DNA from: Felis catus
Lineage: Eukaryota
NCBI RefSeq assembly: GCF_018350175.1
Contig: NC_058368.1
Location: 72,976,001 to 73,040,000, forward strand
Reading direction: 5' to 3'
DNA: 64,000 bases
Shown in pieces: positions 35,782 to 49,262 of the stretch (its first letter is position 1; every line of letters begins with the position of its first letter). The translations under genes and the position numbers were made by a program. A model generated the notes under the pieces. The model was not told where the DNA came from. It did no database searches and worked only from the letters and a program-made list of their open reading frames with translations.

Positions 35782-37649
35782 CTGAGACAGAGCAGGTAAG
35801 ATAGGAGGCCCCAGTCCAGCATGCTTCTGAAGAGCTGCAGCTAAAATAATCCAAAGCACAGAGCAAATTCTACTTCGGTTTGACACTGTGAAATAATTCA
35901 CGTTTTCCTTTCCTTTGATAGCAGTATATTTGCCTTCTCGATTCTGTTTTGTGTAAGTGAGCGCTGTAAAAAATTGGTTTGCGTTGCCCAAGAATGTGTC
36001 AACTACGAATGAAACGAGGCAGCCCCCAAAAGGTCTGGATGGTGACCAAAAAATATCTGCTTTTTGCGTACATATTTATAAATCCAAAATTGAATGATGT
36101 ATATGCAAATTTTTGGTATAATTTTCATAAGAAAAAATAAAAATAACTCTGGGAAGGTATCAAAGCAACTATGGAGTCCTCACCCCTGGAAAAAGGCACT
36201 GGGTGACTCTTTCTTCTCACATACTCAAGTTTTAATTTAGTGGCATGCATCTATTACCTCTGAAAAGATATGACATAATTCACTTATTTGCATGAAGAAT
36301 GAGGCCAATGAGAGAACATTAGTGGAGTTAAATCATATTTATTATATTTCTCAAATCTGAGATGCTTATATTAAGACATACAATTCTATTGAAATAATGG
36401 ATTTTAAATATTCTTCCACTTTGCTTTTAAGTACATTTCATGGAGGCTAATTTTTTTTTCCTTGTGGAATTGGGTTACAATTTCTTACTTTTTTCCTCCC
36501 CATTAACACAGTTTTGACACCAATTTGCAAATACAAGTTAACTCAATGCGACCTTTTGCCCCTCCCCCATTAAGTTTTGTGCAATTGGAAATAACTGCTA
36601 ATTTAAAGCTTAATTGTTACCTACAGTGCACTTTTCACTTAATTAGATAGGTGGCTTCTGTCAGAACAACCAGCTTAACTGTGCTCAGTGGGAAAGGCCA
36701 TATAGTCAGGTACTACAGATGAGTGAGTCTTGCAGGGTTTTGATTGTGTGCTCCAATTAAAACTTTTCAATTAGAACAAGGCAAATTGAATCAATGGCAA
36801 CAAGAACCACAAATGTGATTGGACTCAGCTTTCAAATTCAGGTGCCATAGGACCAACGTAAAGTGGGGAGGTAGGTATTTTTGTTCTTAGCACTCTGCCC
36901 CCTGACTCACTTGAGCCAATCTTGTCACACTATGATCGTCCCCAAAGAGCTTTTTCTTGGCCAACATAGTTCTATTTTCTGGGGAGACACACAGTTTCCC
37001 CCCCCACCACCCTTCCATCTCAGATATCTCAGTTAAGATTTGGCCTGGATGAACGGAACATCCTTACTTTCCACCCAGCAAAACTACCACCTCCCTGGGC
37101 CATGCCTCATTTTAGTGGTCAGGAAAGCATAGGGATATAGAATAGGAAGAGAACAAGTTGGGCATGACACCATCCATTTGGTTGGTGTAGACTCAAGTAT
37201 TGTTTTTATTCATCTGGGGGAGAGGTGTCTTTCTAATAAAACTGAGGGCAGGAAGGAACAAATTTGTTTTTAGCACAACAAAGCCACTGGTTGTATCACA
37301 AGGTGTAAAGTTAAAGTCACATTAACATGAGGCAATAAATTAGGTAATATAAGCATGTCCTACAGAAAAAAAATCAAATGTCTAAGTGCAAGATAGGTTG
37401 GTTTTGCACTTCAGGATAAACTGATACAAATCCGATTGGAAGTATTCACCTTCTCTGCATACACTCACTCCAGCTCCATTGTGAAGACAGTAACAGAACA
37501 GCTTTCTTCCCTTCTGCTTATGGAGCCGGCAGAAACTGAGAGAAGGTCTTTGGCTTGCAGTATTGGTCTATGTGTACGTGTGTGTGCACAAGTGCATGTG
37601 TGCTAACTGGAGTTATTTAACCTCCAGCTATAAAGTGGGGATTATTTCT

Positions 37650-37851
37650 TTTTTTTAATGTTTATTTATTTATTTTTTAGCGAGTGTGAGAGAGCAGGGG
37701 AAGGGCAGAGAGAGAGGGAGACAGAGAATCTCAAGCAGACTCCACGCTGTCAACACAGAGCCTGACATGGTGCTCAAACTCACAGACCAGGAGATCATGA
37801 CCTGAGCCAAGATCAAGAGTCAGATGCTTAACTGACTGAGCCACCCAGGCC
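37650..37851 (-). mobile_element. CanSINE inserted in a + strand MIR
   Basis: Imperfect TSD aagtggggattatttct / aaatggggataatttct; MIR host at about 37600-37985 (atgagatgatgcatgtgaaatgcctggca). Confidence 0.93.
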
Positions 37852-39126
37852 AAATGGGGATAATTTCTATTAGCGACCTTACAGAACTGATGGAATGACT
37901 ACATGAGATGATGCATGTGAAATGCCTGGCAGAAAACAAGGTACAAAAAATAAAAACTCTCAATAGTACCTGTTACTATTATCATAGTTAATGAAAAGTG
38001 CCTAGAGATATTATACAAAGACATTAGACATTATATTTGTATACTATATTATTTGTGAGAGAGACAAAGTATAATACACGGTCTGTGACCTCAATTTGCC
38101 TTCAAATAGGGAGGAATTTATAAGACCTAGGAAGAAACTGATGATCTGAACTAAATTTTCCATATAGAAAGTGTCCTCCCCACATGGGTGATACTGGATT
38201 AGAAAATGATCTTCAGAAAGAAAGAGAAACACAACAGCATATTGCCATCTCTTCCCCAAGAAGCCTTCAGAAAAAATCCACCTAAAGTTCTTCCGTGATC
38301 CAGTGAGTCTATAAAAATGTTCAAAGTGGAAAGTGAGTATCTGGCAAGCTGAGACTGCCACACTCCTGTTGGAGGCAGTGAGGATTACCGCCCCTCCCCC
38401 CCACCCCACGGGGCTAACTTGCTGGAGATCCATGAACAGCCCCCTTAGACTTTGCTGTGGCTGCTACAAAGGTTACAGCACAAACCCACTTAGTTGTTAA
38501 GATGAAAACAAGTTGTTTAATTCACAGTAGTAAAAATTCAAAATAACACACACACACATACGATTATAAGGCGTTTAACTGACTCACACCAGTAAAAATT
38601 CAAGATACACACACACACACACGCACACGCACACGCACACGCACACGCTCGGGTGTTTACTTTTTCCAAGAGGAAGTTGCTAGACCAAAAGAATTAGTAT
38701 TTTCTGTCATTTCAAGGCAGTATAGAAGAATTATGTGGGGCATTGTGTCATCCTAAATTGCCCCACCAGCTACCTAAATGCCAATAATTCATTAAAGCTG
38801 TACTCGACAAAATGTTCAGAAACAAACCTTCACCACAATTTTGGATTCACGTTTTCCAAATTCAGACTCCTAAGAAGCCCTCTTATACCTCTTAAACCTC
38901 TAAACCCAGGAAAATTGTCAGAAGACAATCATCAAAGAAAACAAGCAAACTGACCTCTTTCCAGACTGCTGTGATTATCCAAAAGATGAGGGAAGGCAGG
39001 CTTCAAATTATTTTAGTAACCTTCTCCAAAAGAAACAGAGAACCAAAATAACCAAAAAACATCTGGGCTGGAAAAAAATAACAGGGACAACAATTTGGAC
39101 AATATTCTTCCTTAAGAAAGAAAAGA

Positions 39127-39252
39127 GGGGCACCTGGCTGGCTCAGTTGGTTAAGCATCTGACTCTTGGTTTTGGCTCAGGTCAGGATCTCACGGTTTGT
39201 GAGTTCAAGCCCCACATTGGGCTCTGTGCTAACAGTGCAGAGCCTGCTTGGG

Positions 39253-39288
<36 letters not shown>

Positions 39289-39325
39289 CCTCTTTCTCTC
39301 TCAAAATAAATAAATAAACTTTAAA
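39127..39325 (+). mobile_element. CanSINE
   Basis: ggggcacctggctggctcag head; (CT)n linker; TSD aagaaagaaaaga. Confidence 0.95.
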
Positions 39326-39538
39326 AAGAAAGAAAAGAGAGTCTAGTTTTTTTTTAATTAGATAATGTTCATCTAGAACACAATTCTCTTTGGTAGGATA
39401 CTGCCTTTACTTTATGGAAAAGAAAAATGTGTTTTCATGTTGTTTCCACTAAGGACACTCACTTCACTAAGACTTTAATTTCTAAGGTAAGTTCCAAGGT
39501 TAGTACATCATTTGAACGACATAAAAGCAATCCCTCCT

Positions 39539-39746
39539 GGGGCACCTGGGTGGCTCAGTCGGTTAAGTGTCCTACTTTGGCTCAGATCATGATCTCACAG
39601 TTCGTGAGTTCGAGCCCCGCATCGGGCTCTGTGCTGACAGCTTACAGCCTGCAACCTGCTTCGGATTCTGTGTCTCCCTCTCTCTCTGCCCCTCCCCTGC
39701 TCATGCTCTCTCTCTCTCTCAAAGATAAATAAACATTAAAAAAGTG
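39539..39746 (+). mobile_element. CanSINE (SINEC_Fc)
   Basis: Perfect 16-bp TSD aaaagcaatccctcct at 39523-39538 and 39747-39762. Confidence 0.97.
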
Positions 39747-40644
39747 AAAAGCAATCCCTCCTCATTCAGCTGAGTCAACACATAGTCACTGAGAAGCAGT
39801 GCTGGTCAGCAGTGAGCAGGAGAAAGAATCACAGTACTCCAATCCATTCTCGTTGTTTGCCATCAGAAACCAATGCTGGCAAGCAGTCTGAGATCCTGGA
39901 ACTGGTAAGGCACGAATCAAGTTATCGCTCACTTAAAAATAAAATGCCTGGATGCGCACAAGTGTCTTTATTTTTTGTGTTGCTATTTTCTTTTCTAATC
40001 TTCCCCATCCCTGGAGTCAGTACATGACATCATTCTTCCATAGAAACAGTCATTAAAGCTCTTAAAAATATACATATTAGCAGATCACACACTCCTATCA
40101 GTTTATCTTGTGAATATCATAAATATCATGCACACAACAGATGGAAATGGCATAAACAGCAAAATTCTGCATTATTCATGAACTATAGTTAGCTTTTCCC
40201 TAGACTCCATGCTACTGAGGAATACGTGTACTTGTATATATGTTCCCTGTTAGGAACCAAGTCTTCAACAACAACAAAGCTTTTATTGGGGCAATTAACA
40301 TTTGAGGTTTATTAAATTATTAATTTTGAGTATACAACACACTCCAGTTCAACCTACCTCTCACATCAGAATGAAAACAGATAATCTGAAACATAACCAA
40401 AATATTTTCGGTCATTAGGAAAATATCAAGGAACGTATTTGTTAAGGATGGATCATTTTTTCAACAGCTTTCCTCCTGTTAAATATAGATATTTCATACC
40501 ACCAACACGACAAAAAAAGATGCTACCAGAAATAACCACAATAAGTGAAAGAAGCCCACTGTATTATTTCCATCCAAAATAGAGTGATTTTTTTTTACTT
40601 CCTTCTGCAGAATCACACTCCTGAAGTGCAAGTTAACGAATGCA

Positions 40645-41061
40645 TGTTGTAGGGTGGGTTTCCTGGGATGGATTTGGAGATGGAGAGAGACAAGTGGAGT
40701 AGGAGAGTTGTTCCCAGGAATGCGCCTGCAAAGTGAGGGAGGCAGGATCCAGCAGAACAGAAAGTAAGCCCTCCGTACAGTAACTCCGAAAGCCTCAGGT
40801 CACTTCCACAGGGAGCTCTGGAGCTGGGATGACCCTGCAGATCTGTCCCCAAGTGAAGCAAGACTTTGTACCTCTGCACCAGCCAGATATTGGCTGCAGC
40901 TCTGCATGCTTAACCTGGGGCCAGCCAGGTCCCAGTAGCTGAGGACAATTCCAACCAAAGGGTACGGCCATAAGCCATCATTGGCCCATGTTGCCAGCAG
41001 CTGAGAATGGTCCTTCTGACCTGAAGGAGTGATCTACAAAGAACAGGACAGTATCACCTAC
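40645..41061 (-). mobile_element. ERVL solo LTR (LTR16-like)
   Basis: tgt...aca termini; core gggagctctggagctgggatgaccctgcagatctgtccccaagtgaagcaag...ctttgtacc...attggctgcagc matches antisense LTR16. Confidence 0.75.
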
Positions 41062-41372
41062 AAAGGGGGTTTTTCATTGTAATAAGAACCACCACATCAG
41101 AATGCAAACTTATGGCAATCTTGATTCAAACTTGGAAGACCTACGATGCTTTTTAAGGATGCCTAGCCAATGCATGCGAGTCTACTAAACAGGAAACAAT
41201 AACAATTTTTTAACTAAATACAAGGCAGAAAGGGAGGATAAATAAATTTTTATTTATTAACAAGTGTTCCTCAGCACCTAAAACTATAAAAATTAGAACT
41301 GACACTGAAAGTTTTCTTGTTGTAGCAATAAGTAATATTCACCCCAGACACATGAAATGATTGAGATTTTTT

Positions 41373-41589
41373 TAATTGTGTTTATTTATTTTGAGAGAGA
41401 AGGAGAGAGAAAGAGAGAGTGTGCACAAGCTGGGGAGGAGCAGAGAGACAGGAAGAGAGAATCCCCCAGCAGGCTCCGTGCTATGAGCACAGAGCCCAAC
41501 ATGGGGCTCCAACTCATGAATTGGGAGATCATGACCTGAGCCAAAATCAGGAGTCAGATGCTCAACAGACTGAGCCACCCAGGTGCCTC
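41373..41589 (-). mobile_element. CanSINE
   Basis: Reverse full-length copy; TSD tga(t/c)tgagatttttt. Confidence 0.95.
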
Positions 41590-41911
41590 TGACTGAGATT
41601 TTTTAAAGCCCCATCCATTTCATTAAGACATGCATTTTAATATAACTTTAGTTTTCATGTTCATTAATCATTGAATACATGAATTATCTTGTTTTGATCA
41701 ATAATTCTAATGAGAACCCAATTTAGAAAAAAATATTTTTAAGTGATATAAAGATTGTCATTACAGAAAGTTATGAAAGGCTAAAGAATAGAAGAGTTTC
41801 AAGCATGGATATGTGGCTTGAAGTTCTGTGCAAAAAGTTAAATAGAAATAGGAGTTCATGGAGGAAAAAAAAGCTATGGAAAGTCTCTATATGTCAAAGC
41901 AGATATTTTTT

Positions 41912-42130
41912 TTTTAATTTTTTTTTTCAACGTTTATTTATTTTTGGGACAGAGAGAGACAGAGCATGAACGGGGGAGGGGCAGAGAGAGAGGGAGACAC
42001 AGAAGCGGAAACAGGCTCCAGGCTCTGAGCCATCAGCCCAGAGCCCGACGCGGGGCTCGAACTCCCGGACCGCGAGATCGTGACCTGGCTGAAGTCGGAC
42101 GCTCAACCGACTGCGCCACCCAGGCGCCCC
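41912..42130 (-). mobile_element. Young feline SINE
   Basis: CpG-intact body; perfect TSD aaagcagatatttttt on both flanks. Confidence 0.98.
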
Positions 42131-45100
42131 AAAGCAGATATTTTTTAAATGGAAACTGGTGATTAACAAATTGCTGTAGTTTCCAGGTATGATTGTTACT
42201 CTAAAAGGAGTGTGGTTATACTTTTATCTTAAAATGAAAATATTTAAAATATGCCAAAAATCATATACTTTACAACTATGTTATAGAATTTAGGCCTCAT
42301 TGTAAAATGGGCAAGGAATGGACAGATTTTCAAAACTTTTGGGGTGAGTGATATGGAAGCAAAAGAACTTAAAGAGTCTCTCCCAACTTTTGGCCGCTCG
42401 TAATTATGTCCCCACAGACCTGAAACTCCTACTTAGGTAGCACCTCAGAACTACCAAACAGAAACATGTTTCACTAAATGTCGAGGAAGCATTTTAAGAA
42501 TCCTACTCAGCACAGTAAAGGAGTGAAAATTGATCACATCAGAAACAATCAAGGAGAGATGGTCACTGAAAACTAAAGGCTTTGAAGGTAGACAAAAATC
42601 CCACTGGTCTAAATCAAGAAGGCCAAATGGTGCACTGTACTGAGTGAAAAGAATCATCCTCAGCTTCCCAACCATGTTGGAAGCCCAATTCGGTGTTTTT
42701 TATTGTAATCAGGCAAGTCTTGCTTTAGAAGCTGAAGGACCTCTCGGGGAAAAAGGTGGAACCCCCGAGTGACTTTGCCTTGGGTAAATGCAACCTCCTA
42801 TCACAGCTACCTTGTTTATTTACTTCTCTTGTTGTCCTTCCTCCCTTAATTTTCTCCTTTTCTTTCTAATTATCCTATTTCCTCCTCCTCTTCCTCTTCC
42901 TTCTCTTGTGCTCTCTCAAGACCCTGATCTCATTAAAAAAAGAAAAGGTTATGATTATAACGTAAAATGAGCAAATAAAAATCACTCATTATTTTGCCAA
43001 TGCGAGAGACAGATTGGCCAACATAATTTTATGGGAAGAAAGGATATATTAACCACAGACCTTGATACGTCTCTTAGATCCTCACACATACCGATTCCTC
43101 AAAGCACTAATTCCATATAAACAATATGTATGTGATTTACCCCCAGCCTTATCTAACAAAACATTTAAAAAATGTCTTGCCTTATTGCATATCTGTGTGC
43201 TCCTCTCATTCTGATCAGAATTTATATGTTGATGTCACTCCTTTATTTTCTAAGATTATTTTGGTCCCTGCCATTTTAGCTTGAAACTGATCAGATTTGT
43301 AATGTAATGACTTCTAAAATTTTTTGAAATTAGAATTAGGGGAAAACCCACAATGTCGGCAGATTTGCCTGGCTTAGTACCTCTTTTGCTACTTGGATGC
43401 AGCAAACCCATCCTGATTTCCCATGTGCCAGGCACCTGCTAGCCCAGAGGAAGCATGGCTTACAAATCTACTCTAAAATTTAATTTTGTTTAATAATTTT
43501 TCAATGAAATTTGTTTCCTCTTTTAAACTCTAATGCCCAAAGAGTTCAAGATTATTGATGTTACAGGACTCTGTTCTTAACCCAGAACAATTTACCAGAT
43601 GGAGCCAAGCTGGAAGAGAAGCATCTCAGGTGGTCACCAGCTGAGGGTGTGTTTCAGACTAGCTTTCATAAACAGGCCTTTGATTTTGAGACTTACTTTT
43701 GTTATGAATGCTTCTTAGTTCAATTTGGTGTGCATGCAGTTTTGTCCTGTTTTCCTATTTCAGTCCTAAATTCCTGTTCTGTTAAGTCAAACACTCTGAT
43801 TTTGCTTAGATTTCCTTTTCACCATTGCTTGGATGTTTTCTGAGTGAGCATTTAGGGCCCCTTAATTTACAGGTTTTCTCTTATTAGAGGACATCAGGGG
43901 TGAACAGATGGCACAACTCTAATTCCCTAACTGGTTCTGTAATGCGCCTTCCCAAAGATCAGCCTTTGTGAATTTTATTCCACACCAGTTCCCAATGACT
44001 TTCTTCTCTGCACTTCCAGGCCACCTCCAAAACTGTGGTTGTTTATTTATTATCACGTGCTTTCCTGACACCGCTAGTGGAGGTCAATCTGTTTCCCAAG
44101 CCAGAGGCAAACGGAAAGAGAGTCTCTGGATGACACATATTTCTTGCACACTGTCAAGTCTAAAACGAAATAGCTCTGAAATTTGCCAAAAGGAGCTCCC
44201 TCAGCCTGGATCCCCCGCTCAGAGCTGGATGGTGTTGCCCTCCTTCAGTGGTGCTCTCCACCTGACATTGGGCTTACATCAGCATAAGACTTTCTCTATC
44301 ACCAGATCTTTAACCTTCTTGAAGTGACACTATATCTTCCGTCCTTCTCTTGACTACTTTGTAGCTACATATGAAATACTCTGCACACAGCTTTGAAATA
44401 TACATTGAATGAAGAAAACAGCAAATTATGATTCTGACATTATTATCAGATGAACAAGAATGAATTACAGGACCGACCACTCGGAGAAAAAGAAACCCTG
44501 CCTTCCTCTTCAGAATGAATAGGTACTCTGAAAAGTTTAGGAATTGCAATACATGTTAGTGTAGTTGAAGCCAGACAGACTTTCACCAGTACTGCGGGGC
44601 AAGGCTTCCAAAAAGCTCTGCCCAGGTAGAAGTCTTTATTCTAAGCAGGTAGTACGCCACAACTAAATCCAAATAAAGTCTGAACCTCCACTTCCCCCCA
44701 CAGTGCAAACCACTCTTAGCTTTCCATGAAAGGGACAAAAAAGCAAGCTGAATACTGCCAGCCGTCAGCTTTTTTTTTTTTTTACATATTATTGCAACTG
44801 CCACTTCCAAAATTATTTAACACCTTGAAGGAAATAGTGACAAAGATGGGAGATTTCTTGGAAAAGATCTCTGAAGCAGTCCGCTAAGCAAGAGGTACAG
44901 GCCTGAGAGCCAGCGTTCACCCAGCCTGCTTTGCAATTTAAGGATCAGTATACATTAAATGAAGTGAAGTGCCCGGGGAATTCAGCCATTACCGTTTTTC
45001 ACAAACAGCATAAATATTAACAGAGCTTTACTTCATTTCCATTCAAGAGTACTGCATGTTAATACAGAAATCACACCGGGGAAAATATGCATGGAAATGT

Positions 45101-46158
45101 TTAGAAACTTGTGCTTAGAAAATAACATCATTCCTTCTAGAACGTTCCTTTCACCTGTGGATCTTAAAGCACTTTGCATTCCCCAGCTACTGGTAGGGCT
45201 GGGAATAGGATCAAAGTAGCATTTACATGGTAGGGGAAAGAAATGTCATGGAGCATACATGTCAAGTTGATTTTTAGGTGTCTGTGAATAGATTCATTCA
45301 GTGACTTTAAAGTTAAGAATCTGCTGGAGTAACCACCAATAATCAGGGACCAAAGGAGAAAGGCCTTTGGAAACCCTGAAATATTGTTCATATCTAATAA
45401 TCATTATTGTCATCAATGTTAATGAAAAAAGCATAAAGGACAGCATTAATGAGTGAGAATACACTCAACAATTTAAATGGAATCATTCTATTCACCTTCC
45501 CAAATAAGCAACCTCAGCAGCATCTGCTTCTGCCTGTCAGACAACCAAGCCAGCTCCGAGAACACTGCTGTCTCTAAATAAATTCGCAGGTAGTTGAGCT
45601 TCTTTAGACTGTACTAATGAAGAACAGCCAATAGTCTTCCCATCTCCTTGAATTAGAAAGCATTTCAGTCTATGGAACCAATCAATAGGCTTTGTTTAGA
45701 ATGTCCCAGCCTCAGAAAGGAGGGAAGTCTTTCACCTAAGAAAGCCTGCAGGTAAGAATTTATTACTCAGAGTCAGGTCCTATAGATAAGATGCCCCTTT
45801 CCTGAAATGACTGACAAACTGGGAAATAAGCATGGAGTCCATAATGGCAGAATGGTCTTTAGACTTGACCTAGCCTTTGCCTTCACTGTCTTGAATTGCA
45901 TTGGGTAACTTCTACATTTTTATTTAGTTGCACTTGGCAAGATTACCAATGTTGCCCTATTGTTGTCTCCTTGGATAGACCCTTCCACTTTCTACACTTG
46001 CTCATTAGTTCCATTCATTAATTAGTTATAATCTAATGAAGAAGTATTTTCATTAGAAAAGGTTGGGTTTATTCTGAAGTCATGATTAAGAGTCATTTCA
46101 TTGTCTCTTTTTATTCTTAATTTGAGGATCTGATCTACCATTCAAGATTCAGAAGCTT

Positions 46159-46380
46159 GGGGCGCCTGGGTGGCTCAGTGGGTTAAGCATCCGACTTCAG
46201 CTCAGGTCACGATCTCACGGTTCTTGAGTTAAAGCCCTGTGTCGGGCTCTGTGTCGGCCTCTGTGCTGACAACTCAGAGCCTGGAACCTGCTTCGGATTC
46301 TGTGTCTTCCTCTCTCTCTGCCCCTCCCCTGCTCGTGCTCTGTCTCTTTCTCTCTCTCAAAATAAACATTGAAAAAAAAT
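46159..46380 (+). mobile_element. CanSINE with internal 12-bp duplication
   Basis: TSD gattcagaag(c/t)tt; internal ctgtgtcgggct / ctgtgtcggcct repeat. Confidence 0.96.
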
Positions 46381-46668
46381 GATTCAGAAGTTTTAAAAAG
46401 TTAGCTTTCTTTTCCTATAGTTAAGTCATTGGGTAGCCCCAAGAAGGGTCCACAATCTTCCATGAAATTAGGAGAACAAGTTGGTCATCACACAGTAACC
46501 ATGAAAAAACACCCATTCTGTTCATTGAGTTCATCCGTCATACTCTCTTACTATCCTTTAGTCTGAGTCCTCATCATTCCCTGGCGAAGTCAGGTAACCA
46601 TCTGGAAAATGGCCTCCCCCCACTAAGTTGTTACTAAGTTCGTTATTTATAATGTATTATTTCCAGAT

Positions 46669-46887
46669 CAGGAATTCTCAACTGGGTGTGTCTTTGTTCC
46701 TTTTACCCCAGGGAACGTTTGGCTACTGCTGAAGACACTTTGGATGGTCACAACTTGGGGACTGCTCCTGGCATCTAGTGAGTAGAAGCCAGCAATGCCA
46801 CTCAATATCCTACAGTGAACAAGATGGCCCCCAAACAAAGAATTCTCCAGCCCAAAATGTCAATAGCATCAAGCTTAAGAAAGCCTA
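46669..46887 (+). mobile_element. MER20 hAT-Charlie MITE
   Basis: caggaattctcaactggg...gtcacaacttgggg...ctggcatctagtgagtagaagccag...acaaagaattctccagcccaaaatgtcaatag. Confidence 0.9.
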
Positions 46888-48329
46888 TTGTAGATATTAT
46901 GTCTTGCCTGCCTTGTTCATATTTGTTGTGAAAAGACTATTTTACTCATCAGCCTGAAGAGTTCCCATAAATCCTGAAAGAATGACTCACTTATAAATAA
47001 AGGAGTGGGGAAAAGATACACTCTTTGGTGGGAACTGAATGTCACCACCCACATTCTCTGAAGGAGAGGCATTTCACTATTCACTCTTCTAGGAAAATTA
47101 AGTTTAAAATTTCACAATTTCCTTCTTTTCAGTTCACATGCAAATTATAATGTGCGAAAGATGGGAGGCACTGACAGGTTAATTGCTCCCACTCCTCTGG
47201 TCCAGCTGCACAGAGGAATCACAGAGCAGGAAAAGGGCATCTGAGAGGGTCAGCGTGCTTGGTGCATCAGTGGCACCTGGAGTGCTGAGTTAGAATGACT
47301 GGTAACATAAGACACGTACTTAACCTTCACCGGTTTGATTCCAGCTCTTTAAAATGGTCTTTTAAGAAGCTGGTGCTGCTTTTACTCCTTTATTTTTTCC
47401 CTGTGATTCTTAAAGATAAAATATAAATGCAACATATGTTTCAGGCAAATTGGCTCAGAACTCCAAAAAAGGTAAAAAGAACTCTCCCAGACAGCCAGTG
47501 CTCTCAAATAAAAATCATCTCCAGTCCCCATGCCTGCATTGAGCCTTTCTAGTTACACAATACTTGGTCTCAATATCAAGATTAAACCATCACACATTTA
47601 TCTTAGTCCCTAGTCCCTCCCTCATAGCCAACAAACAACATCTTTATCATCCATGCTGCCATGTATGTTTAGGCTATTTATATAATTCTGATTAGAACAT
47701 TTTGTATACTTCTTGAAGTGATGAGCTTTTCAAAAGAAAACTGAGTTTTTGAATCATCTCGAACCTTCCTTTTGCAAGCACAGGGTTATGTATACAATAC
47801 TCAACACAAGTCGGTTGATCATTTTTATTTCTGAGTGGAAAGGCAATAGGGATGCTGTGTACATTATTTTAGCCACATGCCTCCTCCTCGTAAAGCACTG
47901 TTCTTATTCAGGACTGGGTCTGAGTTGATATTGTAATATGCAACCGCTTGGTATAACTGGAAAGAAAAGTAAAAGTCAGAGAGGGTGGTGTGGGTTCCAG
48001 ATCAATCCAGACATGTGAACTGAGAGCACAAGAGAAGCTGGGCTGAGCAGAAGAATATTCACAGAAAAGAACCAAGACACTAGACAGTGCATAAAGTTAA
48101 GGGGTGGGAAGAACAGAAACCATAAAACCTACACAAGTTGGCCGGAGAGAAAAGAGGTATTTGCATGGCTTGGAGATACCCAGTATTCTCAGGTGTCACG
48201 TCAATCTCTCCAGACAGACCCCAGATCTACAATGTGCCCCATTCTAGGCTCTCTCAGTATAGCTTGGAGATAAAGCAGAATAAAGTTGAAGAAAATGATA
48301 ACCACTGAACCAGGGAGAACAGATGCCAA

Positions 48330-48500
48330 TGGCTGCACCACCTGCGAGCTGGGTAACGTCAAACAAGCCACTCAAATCTCCCCAAACACCATTTCCTCAT
48401 CTTTAAAATTGGGACAATCATGATTACATAACAGGGCTGAGGTGACATATGTAAGCGATTGGGTGCATTAGCAAATGTTCTGTGAAATATTTTATCATCA
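48330..48500 (+). mobile_element. MIR SINE fragment
   Basis: acaagccactcaaatctc...atttcctcatctttaaaattgggacaat core. Confidence 0.7.
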
Positions 48501-48838
48501 CAGCACACAGTTCTCTAAGTACCTAAACCAAAACATATTAGTGATAGCAAAGGAAAAATTTGGATTATAAACATTCTTAATCCAATGGCAATTTAAAACT
48601 TCATGGGCTAACCCCTAAGTCCCAAAGGAGAAAACATTTTCTGAAGACTTTAAAGCACTACTATCATATATATGTAAATAATAGTTATGTATAAATAATA
48701 TTTATATTACATAGATATATAAGAAAAACTGTTTTCCTGCTATTTCCTTCCAGGAATGAAAAACAAGGCACTCTTAAAACCATCATAGCAGGACATTTCT
48801 GTTTTAAAGAGAACAGAAGTCCTTTACAGAAATCTCCA

Positions 48839-49069
48839 GGGGCGCCTGGGTGGCGCAGTCGGTTAAGCGTCCGACTTCAGCCAGGTCATGATCTCGCGGT
48901 CCGGGAGTTCGAGCCCCGCATCGGGCTCTGGGCTGATGGCTCAGAGCCTGGAGCCTGTTTCCGATTCTGTGTCTCCCTCTCTCTCTGCCTCTCCCCCGTT
49001 CATGCTCTGTCTCTCTCTGTCCCAAAAATAAAAAAATAAAAAAAAAAAAAAGTTGGAAAAAAAAAAAAA
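48839..49069 (+). mobile_element. Young feline SINE
   Basis: CpG-intact body, long A tail, perfect TSD agaaatctcca at 48828-48838 and 49070-49080. Confidence 0.98.
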
Positions 49070-49262
49070 AGAAATCTCCAAGCCCAACATCAGTGCTATA
49101 TCCACTGTGCAGAGAATACTTCAATTTATTCCTAGCCACAAAATTATTTGTGTATCTTAAGAAATCATGTGTTAAAAATGAGATGAGTAGACATTTCAAA
49201 CCTCAGGAAATAATATTTCATTCTATCAATGAGTATCAAATAAAAGCCTACTCTGTGTGGGG

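Noticed and set aside
21390..49199. Recurrent similar peptides (GQRETEHERGRGRERGRH; VREFEPRVGLWADGSEPG) resembling a gene family
   Set aside because: These are translations of CanSINE copies.
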